Below are positions 57,400-64,000 of a stretch of 64,000 bases of DNA, piece by piece. The notes under the pieces are model-generated. The model was not told the DNA's origin. It made no database searches and worked only from the letters and a program-made list of their open reading frames with translations. The stretch is from Polyangiaceae bacterium (lineage in GTDB: Bacteria > Myxococcota_A > Polyangia > Polyangiales > Polyangiaceae), in contig CBDCTZ010000015.1 of assembly GCA_965222375.1 (NCBI GenBank), positions 1,184,001 to 1,248,000 on the forward strand, written 5' to 3'. The first letter of the stretch is position 1. The number at the start of each line of letters is the position of its first letter. Made by a program: the position numbers and the translations under genes.

Positions 57400-57561
57400 C
57401 TTGTATCTACTCACTTTGTTTCGGTAAGCTGAAACTAGCAGCGGGAACGCTTGCAGGGCTAGACACCCAAGTCGAATTACCTGAGGGCAACGCCCTTCAT
57501 GCACTGATTGAGGTTAGGTTAGTGCCGCATCGTCGGGATAGGAGTATTTACGCGGACACGA

Positions 57562-58395
57562 TTAGTCTCGGATGAGGCCCGGAGTGCGCGGTAGTTGGTT
57601 GGCATCGCGGTCTGGGTGATCTCGTTCCTGGAATTGCCGAAGACCTTCTCGCGTTGCAGGATCGTAGATGGAGCGGTTGAAGCACTCTGCCTCCACCCGT
57701 AATCCCTCGGCCAGCGGCAGGCCAAAGCCCCGGACGGCGGCTTCCTTGTCGGTTCGGATCGCAGGCTGTGGGAGTTCCGCCACGAACTCTGCCAGCTCCA
57801 TCGCTCGTTCCAAGGACTTGCCTTTGGGAACTACCTCGTTAGCGAGCCCAATCTGCGCAGCTTCTCGTGCGTTGATCACCCGACCTGTAATAATCAGCTC
57901 CATGGCTCGACCCAAGCCAACGATTCTCGGCAGTCGCTGAGTCCCGCCATCCGCCAAACCGATGTTCCAGCGCCGGCAGGTAACCCCGAAGGTCGCGTGC
58001 TCTTCAGCAATGCGGATGTCCGCAAAGCAGGCCCATTCCAACCCGCCAGCATAGGCCGCGCCGTTTACCGCCGCGATGATCGGCTTGAAGACGTCAGTCC
58101 ATCGGCTCGGGCCCAAGATGCCAGGACGCTTGCCTTGGTTGTGGGCTTCGATCTCCACTGGACTATTCGGGACCAGGGCGTGGCCGGCTTTGAGATCGCC
58201 TCCAGAGCAGAACGCTTTGTCCCCAGTGCCCGTGATGATCGCGACTTTCGCTTCCGCGTCGTCACGGAATTCCGTCCATGCTTCGACCAGCTCTCGATGG
58301 GTGGTGGGCCCAATGCAGTTTCGGACGTCGGGACGATTGAATCGAATGATCCTGATTGCCCCGTGCTTTTCATACGCGATTTCCGTGAACTTCAT
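57562..58395 (-). CDS. Enoyl-CoA hydratase/isomerase family protein
   Basis: NRPDVRN, AFCSGGDL, KPIIAAVNG.AYAGGLE, DGGTQRLPR. Confidence 0.93.
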   Translation of the reverse strand: MKFTEIAYEKHGAIRIIRFNRPDVRNCIGPTTHRELVEAWTEFRDDAEAKVAIITGTGDKAFCSGGDLKAGHALVPNSPVEIEAHNQGKRPGILGPSRWTDVFKPIIAAVNGAAYAGGLEWACFADIRIAEEHATFGVTCRRWNIGLADGGTQRLPRIVGLGRAMELIITGRVINAREAAQIGLANEVVPKGKSLERAMELAEFVAELPQPAIRTDKEAAVRGFGLPLAEGLRVEAECFNRSIYDPATREGLRQFQERDHPDRDANQLPRTPGLIRD

Positions 58396-58518
58396 GAGGT
58401 CTCCTCGGGCCGCCCTCCGAGTGGGTGGAATTGAACTCGGGATTCAAGCAGCAGTCTTCGCGAATTGCATTTGGGAGCAGTGGACGTTGAGTCTCCGGAC
58501 GGTGTTGACGCCATGTTT

Positions 58519-59418
58519 TCACTCAGGAGCGGCAGGCAAGTTCTTTTCAAACCAGTGGTCAGCGTAGGGCTCGTCTATGAAGGGGGCGACTTCACGGTAC
58601 CCACATGCTCGATACATCTCGATTGCCGCGGTCAGTGCTCGGTTCGTTTCGAGCCGAACGCAGCTGTGCCCCAAATGGCGCGCCTGCTCCTCCAGGGCCA
58701 GGAGCAGCCTTTTGCCCAAACCGACGCCCCGCGCCCGGGGTGCGACCCACATGCGTTTGATGTAGCCAACTCCAGGCTCCAGCGTGAGCACCGCACCGCA
58801 TGCGATCGGTTGGCCATCCCAGTTTCCCACCAGAAACGCACCGCGGGGCGGCACGAGCTCACCGGTGGCGACGGGCAGCGCACGATCGACGTCGAAGCTC
58901 TCTTCGAAAACCAGCGCCAACTCCTCGTAGTAGCGTTTGAGGCACCACTGGGCGTCGCTGGATCCCGAAACCACTCGATCGAATCGAGTAGTTGACACTT
59001 GCAGCAGATGTTCGACTTCGGCCATTGCTGTGGCTAGCCGCCGCCTGCTTCGGGCGCTCAGCGGCTGCAGCAGCGAAGCGGCCAACTGATGCGACCTGCG
59101 ATCCAAGTCCCTGCTCTGCCGCTGGCCGCGTCGAGTCAACCGTACAGTTCGATACCGGCGGTCGGAAGAGCCGGCTATTGTTCTTACTAGGCCCTGGGTC
59201 TCGAGGGAGCGCAGGAGGCGACTCAGGTATCCCGAATCGAGTTCGAGTCGCCCCCTGAGCTCGCTGACGGACGTGCAACCTCGGCCCACTTCGAAGAGTA
59301 TTCGCGCTTCACCAAGGGGACGCTTCTGCCCGAGGTAGCGGTCTTCCAACGCACCGATCCTTCTCGCCACGCAGCGGTTGAACCTCCGTATCTGCGCGAT
59401 CTGCTCCTCCTCGAGCAT
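58519..59418 (-). CDS. MarR HTH + GNAT acetyltransferase fusion
   Basis: LDSGYLSRLLRSLE..GLV; IKRMWVAPRARGVGLGKRLL...A..MY...GY. Confidence 0.92.
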   Translation of the reverse strand: MLEEEQIAQIRRFNRCVARRIGALEDRYLGQKRPLGEARILFEVGRGCTSVSELRGRLELDSGYLSRLLRSLETQGLVRTIAGSSDRRYRTVRLTRRGQRQSRDLDRRSHQLAASLLQPLSARSRRRLATAMAEVEHLLQVSTTRFDRVVSGSSDAQWCLKRYYEELALVFEESFDVDRALPVATGELVPPRGAFLVGNWDGQPIACGAVLTLEPGVGYIKRMWVAPRARGVGLGKRLLLALEEQARHLGHSCVRLETNRALTAAIEMYRACGYREVAPFIDEPYADHWFEKNLPAAPE

Positions 59419-59442
59419 ATAACTGACATTAGTCAGATATAT
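59417..59442. promoter_or_regulatory. Palindromic operator over the MarR-GNAT promoter/start
   Basis: ATATAACTGAC-ATTA-GTCAGATATAT, 11-bp arms with 1 mismatch. Confidence 0.7.
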
Positions 59443-59761
59443 TCAAAATGCAAGTATAAATCCAGCCGCGATCAACCCGAACAGGACCAGAGCCACTCCT
59501 TCGCGATCGACTTGGCGAGCTCCTCAATCGAGCGCTGACCGCAGCCGCCGGGCACGCTCGCGCAGGATGGGTACGAGATCGGGATCGCCCGCCATATGCG
59601 TCAATTCGGTGCGGGTAGAATGATCGAGCGGGTTGCCAATCGCGGCATGACCGCAAGGGCCGGTCGCCAGCCATCTCTCCGCCTCAGACAACGCACGTCC
59701 ACAACGGCGATAGGGCCATCCAGGTTCTGTGTAACTTGACTCATGCAGACGGACGTCCTTC

Positions 59762-59960
59762 GAAGAAGATGTCGTCGACACCACGGTTTTTCAGCTCGGT
59801 CAGAATGGTGAGCCAGAACTTCGCCCCGGCCGTCGGAGCGACCCAGATACCGAGGACGTCACGTCACCCCTCGAGACTGACGCCCAGCGCGATGTAGAAG
59901 GCTCGCTTGGTGACCTGACCGCCATCCCTCGTGCTGACGAACAGCGCATCGAGATAGACC
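59762..59960 (-). pseudogene. IS256 family transposase internal remnant
   Basis: Manual translation VYLDALFVSTRDGGQVTKRAFYIALGVSLEG*RDVLGIWVAPTAGAKFWLTILTELKNRGVDDIF. Confidence 0.88.
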
Positions 59961-60009
59961 GATCCCGATCGTACGGCAGGGCTCGGGTGCCCGTGCTATG
60001 GTCAACATG

Positions 60010-60882
60010 ATGGCCTTGTATCGTTCGCTCCTACCGCTGATCTGTGGGTCCGTCCTCGGCTGCGGCGCTGACGATGGTGAAACGGCCACCAAACCGATCG
60101 GCGACGCAGCCGCGGGCACTGGCGGGGTGACAGGTTTAGGTGGAATTCCTGGCTTCGATGCGGCAACCGGCTCCGGCGGTGTTGCGGGCTCGGGCGCAGC
60201 TGCTGGTTCGGGCGGTACCGGGGGAACTGCAGGGGTCGGCGCAGCCGGTGGCTCGGGGGGATACGGGGGGCCCGCGGCGTGCCCGGCCAAATCGCCAGTC
60301 AAGATCAGCGTGTGGGGGAGCACTCCCTGGAAGGCGCCCAGCTCCGGGTCGGCCCAGCAGGTCATCGCTATTCCCACCGAAAAAGGGCGTCACTACAAGA
60401 AGGCGACCGTCACGTTCGATGTCGACGTGACCACGCCACCAGGGAATTTCACCGTCGTCTTCTGGCTCAGAAATTCAGCGGTTCCGTCGGGTTACAATAA
60501 GCTCTCCGCGTACGGAAACTCCAACGTCAAGAACAGCGTGCCCAAGGAGTTGGTACTGACGCAGACAGGAGAGTGGAACACGACCAAGTACGCTCTCAAG
60601 TCAGACACGACGTACAAAGTTAGCTACGTGTTCGACGCGGTCGCAGGGAAGGCCACGCTGATCTGGACCGAGCCAGGTGGCGCCAAGATCACTACGAACG
60701 GCACAGCAGCCGGGTCCATCGTTGGCGTCGGAGGCGGACTGAAACTGTTCTTCGGCTCAACGACCTCCCACCCTGAGTGGGGAGCGGGGGTCCGGCCGCC
60801 CTGGGGTTGGACATTCCGGAACTTGGTTGTTGACCTCGAGCCTGGTGGGCCATACGGCCCAGCGGCTCCGGGTTGCCTCTAG
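60010..60882 (+). CDS. Gly-rich lipoprotein with beta-sandwich domain
   Basis: Lipobox VLGC, Gly linker; start one of 59998/60007/60010. Confidence 0.75.
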   Translation: MALYRSLLPLICGSVLGCGADDGETATKPIGDAAAGTGGVTGLGGIPGFDAATGSGGVAGSGAAAGSGGTGGTAGVGAAGGSGGYGGPAACPAKSPVKISVWGSTPWKAPSSGSAQQVIAIPTEKGRHYKKATVTFDVDVTTPPGNFTVVFWLRNSAVPSGYNKLSAYGNSNVKNSVPKELVLTQTGEWNTTKYALKSDTTYKVSYVFDAVAGKATLIWTEPGGAKITTNGTAAGSIVGVGGGLKLFFGSTTSHPEWGAGVRPPWGWTFRNLVVDLEPGGPYGPAAPGCL

Positions 60883-61175
60883 CGGTCCATACGGTTGAGC
60901 GGCAGTGGCGGAGCGTCGCGGACAGCCTGAGCAGCAGCGGTCCCTTTGTCGCGCTCGGATAGCGGGCACAGGTCTGCGTGGCGAGCTGCCGCGCGCTAGG
61001 CGCCGGGGCGGTCCATTCCGCGAGGGAACGCCGAAACTTCAGCCAACCTGAGAACCCGAGCAGCGCCGGGAGCCAGACGCGCGGAAAGTCACGCCACACC
61101 CGCTCGACCGCAGCATGTGCATGATGCTTGCGAGCCCGCGCCTTGAAGCGGCCGCGCAATGGTCCCACACTCGAC

Positions 61176-61311
61176 CGTAGCCAGCGGCGCCGAGCGCAAG
61201 CCAGGGAGCACGCGCCCGGTGCGTGAATACAACAATGCCTGAACATTTTGACGTCGTAATCGTCGGTGCCGGTCTATCGGGCATCGGTTCCGCTAGCCAC
61301 CTGCAGGCGAA
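61176..61311 (+). repeat. Direct repeat B, copy 2
   Basis: Identical to 49062-49197 (offset 12114). Confidence 0.97.
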
Positions 61312-62734
61312 GTGCCCCAGCCGAACCTTCGTGCTCCTGGAAGGTCGCGAGCGCATGGGCGGCACCTGGGATCTGTTTCGCTATCCGGGGATCCGTTCGG
61401 ACTCGGACATGTACACCCTGGGCTATTCCTTCCGACCGTGGACCAGAAACCAAGCGATCGCCGATGGGCCATCGATCTTGCAGTACTTGAAGGACACCGC
61501 TGAAGAAAACGACGTTGAGCGGCACATCCGTTTCTCGCACCACGTCAAGCGCGCGACCTGGTCCAGCCGGCGCGCCAGGTGGACGGTCGAGGCGGAGCGC
61601 GGACCAGAGCGCGAACTCGTAACCTTCACTTGCTCCTTCCTGCACATGTGCAGCGGCTACTACCGCTACGACCGGGGCTACACACCCGAGTTCTCTGGCA
61701 GGGACAAGTTCCGCGGGCGCATCGTCCACCCTCAGAAGTGGACCGACGACATCGACTACGAGGGCAAGCGCGTCATCGTGATCGGCAGCGGCGCCACTGC
61801 GGTGACCCTCGTGCCAGAGCTGGCCAAGGACGCCGCCCACGTCACAATGCTGCAACGCTCGCCGACTTACATGATCGCCCTTCCCACCGAGGACCCAATG
61901 GCGCTGTGGCTGCAGCGCCGCCTTCCGCCGATGGTTGCCTACGGAATCACGCGCTGGAAGAACGTGATCTTCAGCATGCTGGTGTTCACGCTGTCGAGGC
62001 GGCGACCGGAAGGCGTCAAACGCCTACTGCTGAAGCACGTTCGAGAGCAGCTCGATCCAAGCTACGACGTCGACACGCACTTCACGCCCAGCTACAACCC
62101 CTGGGATCAGCGGATTTGCGTGGTCCGCAACGGAGACTTGTTCGAGGAGATTCGTAGTGGCCGGGCGTCCATCGTGACAGACCACATCGACACCTTCACG
62201 AAAACCGGGATCCGACTCAAGTCAGGCGACGAACTCGAAGCCGACCTCATCGTCACTGCCACCGGGCTCGAGCTCCTGGTGCTGGGCGGCATCGAGCTCT
62301 TCGTCGACGGCAAAGAAGTCAACCTCGCCGAGACCTTCATGTACCGCGGCATGATGTACAGCAGCGTACCGAACCTCGCGTCATCCTTCGGCTACACAAA
62401 CGCATCTTGGACACTGAAATGCGATCTGACCTGCAGCTATGTCTGCCGCTTGCTCAACCACATGCAAGAGCACGGCTACGCCTCCTGCACGCCCCGACTC
62501 ACGGACCCAACCATGCAGCCCCTGCCCGCCTTGGATTTCACATCTGGCTACGTGCAGCGCGCCATGCACAAGTTTCCCAAGCAGGGCTCCAAAGCACCCT
62601 GGCGCCTGTTCCAGAACTACGCGCTGGACACGGTTAGCCTAAGCGTCGGCGACCTCGAAGACGGCACCATGGAGTTCAAGCCTGCGCCGGCGGCAACCCA
62701 ACCCGCTGCAACTGCTCACGAACTCGCTCGCTGA
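61223..62734 (+). CDS. Flavin-containing Baeyer-Villiger-type monooxygenase (EthA-like)
   Basis: GAGLSG, GGTWDLFRYPGIRSDSD, FRGRIVHPQKW, GSGATA, ATG. Confidence 0.93.
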   Translation: MNTTMPEHFDVVIVGAGLSGIGSASHLQAKCPSRTFVLLEGRERMGGTWDLFRYPGIRSDSDMYTLGYSFRPWTRNQAIADGPSILQYLKDTAEENDVERHIRFSHHVKRATWSSRRARWTVEAERGPERELVTFTCSFLHMCSGYYRYDRGYTPEFSGRDKFRGRIVHPQKWTDDIDYEGKRVIVIGSGATAVTLVPELAKDAAHVTMLQRSPTYMIALPTEDPMALWLQRRLPPMVAYGITRWKNVIFSMLVFTLSRRRPEGVKRLLLKHVREQLDPSYDVDTHFTPSYNPWDQRICVVRNGDLFEEIRSGRASIVTDHIDTFTKTGIRLKSGDELEADLIVTATGLELLVLGGIELFVDGKEVNLAETFMYRGMMYSSVPNLASSFGYTNASWTLKCDLTCSYVCRLLNHMQEHGYASCTPRLTDPTMQPLPALDFTSGYVQRAMHKFPKQGSKAPWRLFQNYALDTVSLSVGDLEDGTMEFKPAPAATQPAATAHELAR

Positions 62735-62974
62735 CTCTCGAAACCCAACCACAGCGCTCAACGCTACTGGAACTCCAACGCAGGCTTATATGCGCTATGC
62801 ATATAAGTTTTCAACACTCTCCGGCGTTCGCATGGGATGACGTCACTCCCTCACCACTTGTAACCCACTAGCTTCGGACAGTAAGCTTGCACTAGCGCTA
62901 GAACTGTGCCGACTCAACCGCATGCGCTACGGGCACGGCCTTGCCGCCCGCGGCAAGGCCACACCCCAAGAGCA

Positions 62975-63511
62975 CTACTTCGCCGCTAACGTCTTGCACG
63001 CCTCCAAGTGCTTCTCCGCCAGTTCGACGGATTTGACCCCATCGAGTCCCGTCGTCTTGCAGCGGTAGCCCTTACCGCCAACGTCCACCAGCATGACGCC
63101 GATGTAGCCCTTCTTGCCATCGCTATCGAACTGCAAGATCGCGAGGTTGTCGGCTTCCTTTTCCCACTTCTTGAAGGGGAACATGATCGTGTCCTTCTCG
63201 AACTCCTTCTTGATCGCGGGGAGCTTCTCACTCTCGGGCCGGATGTTGATCGACGCGCCGCCGCCCACGTCGACGGTGACGCTCTTCTTGTCGGCGACAG
63301 ACATGTCCATCGCGCCCATGCCGCCTTTCTTCACTTGAATCGTGAGCGGTAGCGGGTCGAGGTTGACCTTGGCGAGCTCGCCACCTCCCGCGGCCGGGGC
63401 CGCAGCCGGCGCACCTGCACTGGCGGAGGCTTGTCCGCCTCCGCTCTTCTTACCGCCGAGGTTGCAGCCGACCGAAAGCACCAAAACCGGAAACCATAGG
63501 ATGTGTCGCAT
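62975..63511 (-). CDS. Lipoprotein
   Basis: GGAG RBS, MRH..., lipobox SVGC; GC hairpin at ~62937-62960 downstream. Confidence 0.8.
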   Translation of the reverse strand: MRHILWFPVLVLSVGCNLGGKKSGGGQASASAGAPAAAPAAGGGELAKVNLDPLPLTIQVKKGGMGAMDMSVADKKSVTVDVGGGASINIRPESEKLPAIKKEFEKDTIMFPFKKWEKEADNLAILQFDSDGKKGYIGVMLVDVGGKGYRCKTTGLDGVKSVELAEKHLEACKTLAAK

Positions 63512-63658
63512 CTTCTTTTCTCCTTGCTGTGCGCACTCAAAACGAGCTGCGCTTCGCAGGTGACTTACGCGGCGGTCTGCGGTCACACCCCATCAAATCC
63601 CGGTCAAAAACTGGTCAACGGGAAGGCGAAGTGTGGGGATTTCCAGCTTTGATCCGGG

Positions 63659-64000
63659 TCAGCCCGCGACAGCCCGCGAGGGCGGTAACAGCGCGGACAG
63701 CTGCTGTAGCAACTCCGCAACCCGAGCAGGGCGCTGCTCCCGATCCGTAGATAAAGCGCGTGCAAGCACCTGCTCCAGCTCCGCTGGGTAGCCGCCGGGC
63801 GAAACTTGCCCGAGTGCTGGAGCCGCTTCACGAAGCAGTCGCGCGTAAACTTCCGCGACTGTCTTGTCGAAGAAAGGAGGTACGCCGGCGATCATCTCGT
63901 AGGTTACGACCGCCAGCCCGTACAAATCCGAACGTACGTCCAGGGGTTCACCGCGTGCCTGTTCCGGTGACATGTACAGCGGCGTTCCCGCAACCACGCC
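63659..64000 (-). CDS. Ser/Thr protein kinase, C-terminal part (runs off window end)
   Basis: [25 protein letters not shown].....QRP. Confidence 0.9.
   Translation of the reverse strand, partial: GVVAGTPLYMSPEQARGEPLDVRSDLYGLAVVTYEMIAGVPPFFDKTVAEVYARLLREAAPALGQVSPGGYPAELEQVLARALSTDREQRPARVAELLQQLSALLPPSRAVAG

Larger units (their letters stand above)
49062..61311. mobile_element. ~12.1-kb accessory island bounded by direct repeat B
   Basis: Separates the nitrilase and monooxygenase genes; contains IS21 and IS256 remnants and several pseudogenes; no integrase seen. Confidence 0.75.

Noticed and set aside
62785..62807. dif site
   Set aside because: No 11-6-11 layout and no XerD-arm match (TTATGTTAAAT-like)

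Overview
High-GC chromosomal window, most likely from a myxobacterium (Myxococcota, probably Polyangiales). This is inferred from a MYXO-CTERM-like tail, Cys-rich Myxococcales-type repeats, abundant Gly-rich lipoproteins and Ser/Thr kinases. Housekeeping content: one complete minus-strand rrn operon (16S-tRNA-Ile-tRNA-Ala-23S-5S), tRNA-Arg(ACG) next to tadA, aroE, pepA, fbp, fpr, a split biotin-dependent carboxylase gene set and a large GT51 transglycosylase. About 20 predicted lipoproteins are interspersed. Most notable: (1) a candidate ~180-nt sigma54/IHF-driven non-coding RNA with repeated GACUU motifs and an intrinsic terminator (4105-4282, minus); (2) two integrase-free insertions (1.6 kb and 12.1 kb), each flanked by a direct repeat of a resident gene end, the larger carrying IS21/IS256 debris and an ECF sigma/anti-sigma/RCC1-lipoprotein cassette; (3) a lipid-anchored metacaspase with Tudor-like domains; (4) at least ten genes with a leaderless TANNNT-N6/7-start architecture; (5) a shared acidic motif after the lipidated Cys of many lipoproteins. 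All family calls come from motif recognition by eye, with no database searches. An extra base in a conserved 16S segment suggests residual indel errors, so single frameshifts may be artefacts.
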